64,000 nucleotides of DNA from the human T2T-CHM13v2.0 reference genome, Homo sapiens, in the NCBI RefSeq assembly GCF_009914755.1, contig NC_060933.1, one strand, 5' to 3'. The notes under the pieces were generated by a model, which made no database searches, was not told where the DNA came from, and saw nothing but the letters and a program-made list of their open reading frames with translations. The position numbers were made by a program, and so were the translations under genes. This document shows, in pieces, positions 13,472-25,600 of the stretch. Within the stretch, counting starts at the first letter, position 1; each line of letters begins with the position of its first letter.

Positions 13472-15907
13472 TCCAATAATATTAGTTCTAAAATTTGACA
13501 TTTAGGAAGTAATCAGAGTTATAGACAAAAGTATATATTTCATGAAATGTTTTCAAAATAGTAAGAAGTTGAAAACCTTCATGTCCAATAAGAGGTTAAT
13601 TGCATTGCTTATGGCCTCTCCAGATGATGAAATATTCCATGGCCATTAAAAGGTATGTGGAAACAACACCATGAGAAATGTAGAAAATGAATAATGTGAT
13701 ATTTATAGTTACATATTTATATATGTACTAAATATGCAAATATTAAATATACATATATAAATTTTTACATTTTAAGACTAATAAAGGTTAGCTCTAATAG
13801 AATTAGAAACTATTGATTTGGACTATTTTTTGTGTGTGTTCTTTTTTATTCATCAATTCTTCTAAAATAGTAGTTATTATTTGCAATAAAAAGAGAACAA
13901 TAATAAATTGCATTTTTGAATGCTACCTCCACTGGAAATACTGTTTTATATTTCTGTAATCCCAAAGAAGACAGATCCAGAGATACTTTTAAATGGGTTG
14001 CCCGATATTATTTTGGAGAGAAGCTTCTTTTTGTTTTTCTTAAAGTAATTATATTTCTTTATGACAGGAGGTAGGAGTTGCAGGTTCAGTTGCTACCTAG
14101 AGTATGAAATGGATACTGAAAATCTCAGGACATGTTCTTTTCATTGGGGTGAAGTTTTAGGGTCATAGGAGATTCACTTCACAGAAATTGGACAGATCAA
14201 CGTTAATATGTATTTTCTGCAGCTCCTAAAATAATTTATGTTTTTGATAGCTCATAAACTATCAAAGCAATAATTATTATAATAATAAGTGATAGATTAA
14301 TTCAGATAGGACTTTTGATTACAGTAGTAAGTCAGATATGTGGCTGCAAAACAATGATATAACAGGGTGGGGGAGGTGTAAAAAGGGAGGCACTGAAGTC
14401 TCTAATGCATTCGGTGCCCTGGAGTACCTGTGCACCAGCTGGTAGACAGTATAGCAAAAGTTCAATGATAATTTCATATAAAAGTTTCTTGTGCTTTATC
14501 ATTCATATTTGTTTATGGTTAGTTCATTAATTACCTTCTTGAGAAGTGAGACTGGAAAGAGAATTAAATGGTACTTTAAAAAGCTAATTTTGCAAACAAT
14601 TAAGCCAAATATAATTGATAATTGCTGTAACAACTAGCCCCTAGGCATTCCACTTTAGAAAAATTGTTTAGACTTTGGTAATGTGAGAAAATATAAGTTC
14701 TCTTCATAAGTTTAAATAAGTATGAAAAAGTTGAAATAAAGACAATTAAGCTTTTCATGAAACTTGACTCGAACTAAAAGTGATAAGTTTAGCAACACAA
14801 ATTTGAACATTGTTTCTAGAAAAAAAAAATGGTTGATGAAGACCAGGGCTAACCTTGGGGAAAATATCTATACTAATCATCACAAAAACATGAATTTTTA
14901 AAAGGCAATGATTCCTGTTATTCTTATGTCTTCTTGACAGAAGCACAACCCTCTTGAACTTTTCTTTCCTAGTGCATATATGTATTCTTCAGAGCTTTCA
15001 AGCTGGAACCACACAAAAAGCTTAGCAAATGGTTTTAAAATACCATTATTGAACAAGTACTTTGTGGCAAGAACTATGCTAAATATTAGGCATGAATCTA
15101 ACCCTTCCTTCAAACTGCTTAGTGTCCCTCAGAGGATAAGCCTGTAACATAGCAAAGCACACAAAAGAAGGAATGGGTGCAGCTTCTGCCTAGGCTGGCC
15201 AGAGCAGCTTAACAAGGAAGTGGTACCTGGCCAGGGTGTGGAGGGTGTAAACAGTACCTGACAAAATAGATTGGTGGGTGATGAGACCCTGATGAGGAAG
15301 CATGTTACAGGTAGAGGGAATAACATGGAGAAAGACTTAGGTATAGTATGTGGGAAAGCCTTCTAGACAGGCAGCTTGCAAACTTTTCCTGGAAATGATT
15401 CAGAGTTTTTGGAAAGGATCCTGACATCAATACATTTTATTCATTTAACAATCAATTATGAATTTGACGTTAGGCTCAGGTGACCAAAATTTTAACAAGA
15501 CAAAAATTTTCTGTTGGGGATCTCACAAGACATCGGGAGACAGGCAGAAAATCAGACCAAAAAAATGTGGAGCAGCCTTTATTGTGGTGACCCCTAAGCT
15601 GTTGCCTTTCTTTTTTCATCTCAGAGCACAGCCTTTATTTTTTTTCTTTAAAGCAGGAAATTCCCAACTTTGGATGAATTGTGATTGATCCAAACCATCA
15701 TGACAATGCCAATTCCCTTCATCTAAATCTCCTTTTCCAGCCTCCCTTGCAGCCAGTGAGCAAATTAGTATCAAATGGTGAAGATGACTCCTGGATGTGC
15801 TTTCTTATCGCATTTATGATTATACATTATATTTTCTAGGTTTATGTATGGCTATGCCGTTTTTTTTCCCAGAGAGTATTTTTTTTTCTTTTTTTAAATT
15901 GTATTGC

Positions 15908-16050
15908 TTTTTTTTTTTTTCAAGTTCCGGGGTACACGTGCAGGTTTGTTACATAGGTAAAGTTGTACCACGGTGGTTTGCTGCACCTATCAACCCATCA
16001 CCTAGGTATTCAGCCCAGCATGCAATAGCTCTTTTCCTTAATGTTCTTCC
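15908..16050 (-). mobile_element. Short 5'-truncated L1PA (about L1PA8) 3' end
   Basis: Poly-T then 'caagttccggggtacacgtgcaggtttgttacataggtaaa...ggtggtttgctgcacctatcaacccatcacctaggtattcagccc'. Confidence 0.85.
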
Positions 16051-16752
16051 ATATATACATATGTATATATGTATATATGTGTATATGTATATATCCCATA
16101 TATACATATGTATATATGTGTATATGTATATATCCCATATATACATATGTATATATGTGTATATGTATATATCCCATACATACATATGTATATATGTGTA
16201 TATGTATATATGTGTATATTCCATATATACATATGTATATATGTGTATATGTATATATGTATATATTCCATACATACATATGTGTATATGTATATATGTA
16301 TATATTCCATACATACATATGTGTATATGTATATATTCCATACATACATATGTGTATATGTGTATATGTATATATGTATATATTCCATATATACATATGT
16401 GTATATGTATATATGTATATATTCCATATATACATATGTATATATGTATATATGTATATATTCCATATATACATATGTATATATGTATATATGTATATAT
16501 TCATATATACATATGTATATATGTATATATGTATATATTCCATATATACATATGTATATATTCCATATATACATATGTATATATGTATATATGTATATAT
16601 TCCATATATACATATGTATATATGTATATATTCCATATATACATATGTATATATGTATATATTCCATATATACATATGTATATATGTATATATGTATATA
16701 TGTATATATTCCACATATACATATACACACACACACACACATACACATATAT
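16049..16752. repeat. AT-rich palindromic minisatellite, 17 units of 23+8n bp, ending in (CA)n
   Basis: Unit (T/C)CCATATATACATATGTATATAT(GTATATAT)n. Spacing between CC anchors: 47,39,39,47,47,39,31,47,39,39,38,39,23,39,31,31,47. Confidence 0.95.
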
Positions 16753-16755
16753 GCC

Positions 16756-16988
16756 TGTGTTTTCTCTTCCACATAACAGTACTTCAGATATCTGCCTTAA
16801 GTTATTATATAAATATTTGTATATGTATTATACAATATATATAGAAAACACAAGCATATATATAAGTATACTTATACATATACTTACTCTATATATACAT
16901 ATATATATGTGTGTGTGTGTGTGTGTGTTTTCTCTTCCCCATAACAGTACTTCAGATATCTGCCTTAAGTTATTATATGAATATTTGT
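16756..16988 (+). repeat. 65-bp direct repeat pair (16756-16820 and 16924-16988)
   Basis: tgtgttttctcttcc(a/c)cataacagtacttcagatatctgccttaagttattatat(a/g)aatatttgt, 2 mismatches. Confidence 0.95.
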
Positions 16989-17454
16989 GTGGATACAGGA
17001 GCCTAAACATCCCTAGTCCCATAACCATATGCCATATGATAAAGGCTTCAGCTCCCATTTTTCCCTTTTAAGAAATATTTTTCTTTACTCAGGTCCTGTC
17101 TTTTGTGTGAGCTACCAGAGCATAGTGGGACTGCTTGCTTCCTTGGTAGCAAATAATAGTCTTTATTTTAACTAGAAATAAATTCTGTCATTGAAGTAAG
17201 ATAAGCTAAAATATGGCCCATGGTATTTTTTATGGGTCTCTTTTATTAGGATGTCAAAATTGAAAACAAACATTGCCATAATTATGAGTAATACTTTCAT
17301 CTTTGAAACAACTAAACCATTGTCAAAGTAATACCTGCTCTTCCACTAGTTAGAGTAATTTTTGTCATGTGCTCTGAGGCCTAGCATTCTCATAGCTCAC
17401 AAGATTAGTTATTGAAACATATTCAGAAAAATGTACTAATTTCACTTCTGCCAT

Positions 17455-17690
17455 CATTAGCAGGAGCTAAACATTGGACACACATAGCCATAAAGATGGG
17501 AACAATAAACACTGCGGACCAGTAGAGAGGGAGAGAGAGGGGAGACCTTTTGGGTACCATGCTCACTACCTGGGTGAGGAGACTATTTGTACCATGAACT
17601 TCAGCATCATGCAATATAACCATGTAACGAACCTGCACATGTACTCTTAATCTAAAATAAAAGTTGGAATTACAAAAAATAAAAATAAAT
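17455..17690 (+). mobile_element. L1PB/late-L1PA 3' UTR end
   Basis: 'ggagctaaacattggacacacatagccataaagatgggaacaataaacactg...gggtaccatgctcactacctgggtga...aacctgcacatgtactcttaatctaaaataaaagttg' plus an A-rich tail. Confidence 0.85.
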
Positions 17691-18119
17691 ATGTGAGTAT
17701 CTATGGATATGACAGCTCCCTTTCATTTCTGTAGCACTGAAATGGTCAGGGGCTGCAGAGGAGAAAAAGACTCTCACCCAGCAAACTTACGAAACCGCTG
17801 TAAAGAGTAGCAGAAAATAACGCATTATATTATGTAAACAGGAAAGAGAAACAAAATGAATCATTTTGGCGTATAAGAGAAGTAATAATAAGGAACCCCC
17901 TAGGTACTGCTAAAAGACTCAGAACCTAGAATAGCCAAGTATGAGAAAAGAAACCACCACAGGAAAAAGAACTGGATTTGCTTTCTCCCATAATGATGGG
18001 TATGGAATCTGTCAATACTTTGGCCACTGGAAGAAGAGAGTAAGGCAGATGGCAATGATAAAACCATCAGAGACAAGAGCACATGGAAGTAAAGACTTTC
18101 ATGGAGCTATGATAACGGC

Positions 18120-18370
18120 GGAATGAGAATTTCCACTTTAACATGTTGATGTCAATGTCACATTGCTCCACAAAATAGTTGTACCAATCTGCAAACCCAC
18201 AAACAGCATATGAGAGTAAAATGCTCCCACTTCACCTACACTGGATATTGCAATGTTTTAAATGATTACTAATATGATAACCTTATTTTGCTATATTTTT
18301 TATATTTATGAGCTAGAGGGACTTTTCATACATTTATTGATAATTCATAGTCATTTCTCTATAAATTGGT
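18120..18370 (-). mobile_element. Ancient L1ME fragment
   Basis: 'cacattgctccacaaaatagttgtaccaatctgcaaacccacaaacagcatatgagagt'. Confidence 0.6.
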
Positions 18371-19479
18371 AAAAATTGACAATAAATGGTGCAATAACTA
18401 ATATTAAATAAGAGATTCCACTATACTTCCTTGAGGCAAGTCTCAAAAGGGCATACTGTTGATTCTACAAGGCTCCCATTAAGCCCACCTACTCTTCTTT
18501 CTAGCTTTTGTGATTGAGGTGGTGGATGTTCTAATAATCAGATGCATGAAGAAGTGGGAATGACCTGCTTCACACACCAGCCACCAAATTAAGTTTATCT
18601 TGCTTATTGTTTTGTGCCAACTAATCCTCTTATGTCAAGATGTTAGAGATCCAAGGAAAAAGAACAGAGTCTGATTCAGAATAACAGGTTAATTTATGAT
18701 GTTTCAAATCTGATTGTTTCCTGGTAACAAAGGCAATAACAGACATTAGAATTGCTTGTGTTTTTTCTATAATTGTTTCAAATCCTTTTTGGACACTGTT
18801 GAAAAAACTTCTTCTTAAGTGTAAATTTATCTGGAGCCAAAATGTGCCTTGTATACCCAAGGTTTAGAACAGTGCCTTACACAGGACAAGACAATTGTTA
18901 ATTAGTATTATTAAAGCTTTTCTGATTATATGAATAAGTGTAAACAAATTAAGATATTATAATAAAAATAACATACAAACGGCATCCAAGAATATAAATT
19001 CCTATGAATTCCACCCCCTCAAATCTATTCTGACATCTCTTTCTATGCAGTTGAAATTCTAAAAATGTCATTCTATTGACATAGTGCTTCCCTCTTCTCA
19101 TCATTCATGACAATGCATTTTTCTTTCTCATTTTATGGGTAGAAGCCATTGGCATTTTTCTAGAGAAGCATTTGCAGGGATTATACATTCTCACAGTTTG
19201 CTGCATTCTTTGATAGAAAAATGTGCTGCATTGACCTGATAGTCGTAAAATACTTGAGATTTACTATCCTTCTCTCCTGTGGATGATGAGAAAAGCTCTT
19301 CTCTGCTAAATAGTAAAGAAAAATTATTTTTCTACATAAATACTATCAGTCACAGCTTTATCTTCTTGATATTATTTTCTCTTGAAGAACTTCATAAAAA
19401 GCAGAAAATTCAAAGCCAATAAATATCTAATAAATACCCATTAATCTTTATGAATCAAAAATAAATCCTATAGGAAATA

Positions 19480-20090
19480 TATTATAATTTTGCCTCTTAA
19501 AAAGCATTATTTTTATTTCCAATTATGAAGGAAGCACATCTCATTTTCTGTAATTAGAGACCATATATCTATTTCAAAAGAAATTTAAAAACATATAATC
19601 TCATTACCAGGCAGGGATAAAAGCTAATAACAATGTATTTTGTTTCTTCCCATATTTTTCTACATGTGAGTATCTATTTATAAAGAAGATAACATTTTGT
19701 GAATACCATTTGCAAGTCTGTTAAAATACAAAATTGTTATATTATGATTATATTCTCATGTCAGTAAATACTGGCTTAAAAGATATTGTGGGAACTCAAC
19801 TAGTTTATTTGAACATCTCCCTTCTGCAGCAAATTTGGATTGTTCATAGTGTTTGACTATAATAAATAACACTGCATTGAATATTTAATTTTATATCTAG
19901 TTCACCCTTAATTTGAAACCTAGCATCCCTGCCAGCTAGTAATATCTTCTGGGTTACTATTTATTCTCATCAAAAATAAGTGAAAAACTAAACAATTTTA
20001 AGTGCCGATTACATAATGTCAGTTTGCTTTCCCAGAAATCCATATATATTTACATTGCCCTCTATAGTATATGAGAATACACATAAAATT
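19480..20090 (-). mobile_element. Ancient L1ME 3' fragment(s)
   Basis: 'tagtttatttgaacatctccc...tttggattgttcatagtgtttgactataataaataacactgcattgaatat', 'tttacattgccctctatagtatatgaga'. Confidence 0.5.
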
Positions 20091-21494
20091 TAATATTCCA
20101 TTTTCATAATGATGATTCCCCCTGGAAACTCACTGACTAACCAGATTTTCAACTAAATAACACAAGTGGACTTTGGTATTATGTCTTAATGAAAAGCACA
20201 AGTTTATTGCTTTATTTTAAAATACTATTTTTAAATACATTTATTTATACATTTATAATTATTTATAATTTATAAATAAAGCCATGCATTTATATGTAAA
20301 ATAAACTATAAAATTATCCCTGAAGCTCTAATCCCCAATCCTACTATCTTACTTTCTAGAAGAAATCAGTTTGCTATTACATTTGTGTATAGTGTGTGTA
20401 TTACACAAGTATGTATGTGGTTAAATACACACACACACATATAAATACACATACACCTATATATACACACATACACACTCTATATGTGTTCATAAAATTA
20501 GCTTTTTTTTCTTTTTCCAAAATTGGAATCATACCGAATGTGTTGTTTTAAACTTCTTGCTATTTAACATTAAACACTTTATGGATAATTTTATCTTTTA
20601 TAGCTTTTTGAATATAAAAAGTGTTTACATTGGTATGTCCAGTTCACATCTCTTAACTCAGTAATCTCGATTTATCAAAAAATAAGTATTTTAAATTTTG
20701 TATAAACTCTTTACATTTCTATCTCTGTTAGTCTTATCATGAAAGACCAACAATTAAACATAATGCAAAAACAGTTTTCTGGTGAAGATACTGCTACCTT
20801 AAACTTTTAAAAAAATCACTATATGTTATCAACCAAATTACAGCAAAATAAGTTTCTTAAATGACTTATTTTCAAAGAAATAGAAAGGAATTTCACACTT
20901 TTGTTGTATAACTGCACTTTGCATAGTGATTGGGAACAGTGTGAAGAAGTAACCATTTTCATTTAGTCTCATCATCTGCACTGAGGACTATAATGCTCAG
21001 ATCAGATTATGAATCTTTGTCTTAATGAATGAGAATGGTACAAGAGCCCTTGCTAATGCTATTTAAAATTTTTGTCAAAGGAAATAACCTGTAACTTGAC
21101 GGATAGTTCTTCTCAGAATATTTAGGTATACTCCTGGTTGTTTTCAGAAAAGAGTGAAGTGGATTAACAATGTTAAATAGTTAAATTAATGTCCTTATTA
21201 TTTCTTAGAAAAATAAGAGTATGAAGTTTAAATTAAATAGTTGGTGAAGAATGTGGCTTCGAAGGGAGAAATAAAAGAGATGACAGAATCAAGTAAGAGG
21301 AAATAAGGCCCAGGTTTGGCACAGCTTGAATAGAGTTTCAGGGAGTTTCACTGGCTAAACACATTTTTTAAAGAGTTTTGCTTTTGCAATTCTTCAACTT
21401 CTACAATTTTATATGCTCGAGTATATATCAGTTTTAAATGTTCAAAGAAATCTATTTCTAGATAAAAAAATCTATTTCTAGATCATAAAAAGAT

Positions 21495-22190
21495 TTAAGA
21501 GAAAACCAGCTCATCATGTGCAAGATAATCTCAATAACATTAACAGCTGATTTTCAGTCAGTAACCACGGAGTTCAAAAGGCAATGGGATAACATATCAA
21601 AAGTGCTGAAAGTAAATATCAACCCCAAATTTTATATCCAGCAAAACTAACCTTCAAAGAAGAAGGAGATATTTCTTAACATAATGCCAACTAACTGAGC
21701 CCAGCAATGTATGTAAATAATTATATATCTTGATGCACTGGGACATAACCCAAGATTGCAAAGTTGGTTTAACATCTGAAAATCAATCAATGTAAAATAG
21801 CCAATAAATAAAATAAATGGCAAAACTCATATGATCATTTCCACAGTTACAGAAAAATTATTTGGCAAAATCTAATATCCTTTTGTTATTAAAACACCCA
21901 GAAAACTAGATTAGAAGGGGTCTTCTTGAGCCTGATAAAGCACATCAATGAAGAATTTGCATCTAACATACTTCATGTTGTAAGATTGAATGTACTTCCT
22001 TAAGAGCAGGAAGAAGCAGGGATGTTCACTCTTGCCATTCCTATTCAACATTTTACTGGAAGTTCTAGTCAGGGCAATTAGGCAGGAAAATGAAATAAAA
22101 GGCATTAGGATGAATTAAAACTATCTGTATTGGCAGATAACCCAACAAAGTGCTCGGAGGTAAGCATATTCCTTAAAGAATCACACACAA
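21495..22190 (+). mobile_element. L1M fragment: ORF1 C-terminus joined directly to the ORF2 RT region
   Basis: ORF1-like 'aacagctgattttcag...caaaagtgctgaaag...ttttatatccagcaaaactaaccttcaaagaagaaggaga', then RT-like 'aaagttggtttaacatctgaaaatcaatcaatgta' and 'agggatgttcactcttgccattcctattcaacattttactggaagttctag'. Confidence 0.8.
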
Positions 22191-23405
22191 AAAATTAAAT
22201 AGAAGCATTTTTCCAAATAGATTTGTTTTCTTACTTACATATTAAAAGAAAAAATCAAACAAAAAATAGAATGGGGAACAGGACAACAGTTTTAAAATGC
22301 ACTTTTATTACAAAACAATGCAAATGATTTGCTAAAAATATGAAAGTCTACGGAGTAAAAGTGAAGTTTTTCTAAGTTCCTCTTTTCAGAATTATCCTTG
22401 ATAATCATTTGTTTATACCTTCTTAGCTTTTCTTTTTAGATAAAACATTATTGTTTATAGAGGTATCATTAGTGCTTTGCAAATATATTTTCCTTTATTC
22501 CTTTATTTTCTGTGCATGTGTAGGGAGTTGCAATATGTTTCTCTGTTTTCCCTTTATGAATCATAGGTTTTCTGTCATGTTTTGAAAGACTTTCCTACTC
22601 CCAAGATTTTATGATTTTTTTTTTGTAATTTGTACATCATAGTAGAGCAAAGGATGATAGAATACCTCTTTTTAAATATATATAATAGGCTTTTTACAGA
22701 CACTGAAATCAACTGGTCCCTGGGAAAAGAATGACATTGCATTTAATAGAGCTGAACATGTTTGCAATCATCAAATACGAGATCAATTAACCAGAAAATT
22801 GATAGTACCATAAATTTATACAGAAGCTTCTCAGTGAACCCACTTGCAATTTATGAGCAGTTGGCAAGAAGAACACTTACAAAAATAATCCACACATTTT
22901 ACTATTAAGTCACATTGAGACTTAGAGATGTAAACTGTGCATGCGTATGCACTCACAAACACAGAAACACACAAAAAGCTTATAGAATTAAAATGGATTC
23001 TTATTGTTCTTAGAAAAACTCATATTCAAAACATGCCTATGAGGTTATATGTTTTATTATCATTTGTGCATATAATTTTTTGGCTTTATTATAAGCCAAA
23101 CTTTCTGATGTCACTTCTCCAATATTTTTATTATCAATTAGCAATCCTATACTTGAGGCCCCTTTCCTGGTTAACAATTTTTAACACCCCCCTCCATAAA
23201 TTCAGAGAAGTGCAAAAATTTTTAGACTTCTTGCTCTATCCAAACTTCACATAGTGGCTTTTTCCAATTATGCATTCTCTGAACAAGCTGCTTAGACGTC
23301 AGCTAGGTTGGGTACCTTATTACTTACAAGTATAATAAGCATGACATCTGTTTTTATTGATGAAATTGTTAGATAAAATATCATATTCAGAAATCTGCCA
23401 CAAGA

Positions 23406-23716
<311 letters not shown>

Positions 23717-25274
23717 TCACATGGATTGATATAAAAATATTAATCCACCCACCTTGTGATGGTAAGTTGAACTATGACACCATCCAACCACATTGAAATT
23801 CTGCCAACATTTCTCAATGATGTCTTCAAGGATAGAGTAAGAAGTCATCCGCAGAAATACAGCTATCTATATATACTGCATTCCCTAGCTTAATCAGTCC
23901 ACTAACCCCATCAATCTAAGAGGATGAAATTAAACTTGTGATTGCCCTTGTTATTGTAGTCAAAGGTATGGAATCCTACTGTATCAGGAGCATTTATCTA
24001 AGAGGAGAATTGAGCCTCCTCGTTATCTGTTGTTTTTTAACCTTAGTTACCAGTTTTTTTGTAATTGCACAAATCAAACAGTCTGTAGAAATCTGGATGT
24101 TACTGAAGAGCACAAAGAAAAATAATTCATCATTTCTGTATCTGCAGATAAACTGTATTAGGATTTTATTGAATATCTATCTAAATGTATATTTATGTTT
24201 ATAGCTATGTTTTCTTTATTTCAAATATAGTCCTACCACTACTAATTGATAGATTGAAAACAAATGTACAAAAAAAATGCAAAAACCAAGACAAAGCATG
24301 ACATTAAAAAAACTAAATCCAAATATAGAGACCTTAAAGAATGTATGCATTTAAGCATCAACAGCAGGTGCTAAAGGAATTTTTTCTTTCTTTGCCACCG
24401 CTTTGTTTAGATAAATTACATTCTCATCAGCTATGCACTGGCTCTTGGAAAGTTCAGTATAATATCAGGCCCCAGTGGCTTTTCTCTCAAGATTATCTTT
24501 ACATGCTGGTAAACTGGTAACCCAGGAAATTACATTTATTAGAAGAGAATTAAATCTCTTTCTCTCTCTCCATTCTTAGAAATTAGATATTATATAGGTC
24601 AGCAAATCCAACCACAAAATGTATTTTATTTCAATAACTGATATAATTAAGTTTTGAACCATAATCAAGATAAAGCTTTTTAGGCAGTGATAATTGGTCC
24701 AGCACTAGTAATGCATTTAACTTGCAAGTAATAAATAAGTCAATTGTATAAAATGGTGCTGAGGGAGATAGTTCTATGAAAATCAGGACCTAGCTTTGAT
24801 GGCATAAGCTTTCAGAAATGAGTAGTATGATTAAGGGATTGGTTGGAATGGGGTACAAAGCATGTGTACCACACAAGATAAGGTGAGTAAATCCTGGCTA
24901 TTATGTGAAACTGCTGAGTTGCACATTCTGCTTGCTGGGAGGCATTGAGACATAACCATCCTCATGACTCTGGAGGAATAAACAATTTTGGTGCAATTAA
25001 ATTCTTATTTCAAAGGAGTTTGTACATAGCATTGATCAAGCACCAAATTCATTCTACAATTGTATTTTGGGACTAGGAATAAAAAATTAGGAAACAGGTA
25101 ATTGGTTCTTCCTTTTGTAACAATCTGGTGTTTCTGATCTAAATGGGTGTTTATCTGGCTTTGTTAGAATTGACAGGATCAAGTGTTTCCTACTACCTCA
25201 CCATGGGCCTAATTACTATAACTCAGGAACTGTATGACACTATATTTCTATGTTCTATGGACATGTACAAATTA

Positions 25275-25600
25275 AGATATTATTAGACATTTAAGTGGAA
25301 GTGTTGAGAAGAAATGCATTTATATAAATCTGGAGTTTGGAAGAAACATCTGAGCTAGAGATATAAACTAGAATGTTATCAACATGTAGCTATATGCACT
25401 TATTTAAAGCCATGGAACTGGATAAGATCATCCATGTGGTGAATGTATAAAGAGAAGATGTACAAAGTGTATAAAAGCTGAGTAACAGTGCCTGTCATCT
25501 TAACATTAAGAGTTGAGGGAATAGTGGAGGAAACTGCAGAGAAGACCAAGGAATAATAAGCCAGTAGTAGAAGGAAAACCAAGAAAGCACTGTGTTTCAG
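25275..25600 (-). mobile_element. L2 fragment
   Basis: 'tattagacatttaagtggaagtgttgagaag...tctggagtttggaagaaacatctgagctagagatataaa...tatttaaagccatggaactggataagatca'. Confidence 0.8.

Noticed and set aside
16049-16752. CRISPR-like repeat-spacer periodicity
   Set aside because: The intervening parts are copies of the same 8-bp module, not unique spacers. The context is primate DNA with no cas genes.
15797-17071. 424-aa ORF and overlapping 130-267-aa ORFs on both strands
   Set aside because: They are translations of the alternating purine-pyrimidine minisatellite (Y/I/C/M/H repeats), which rarely generates stop codons. Open in many frames with no domain content.
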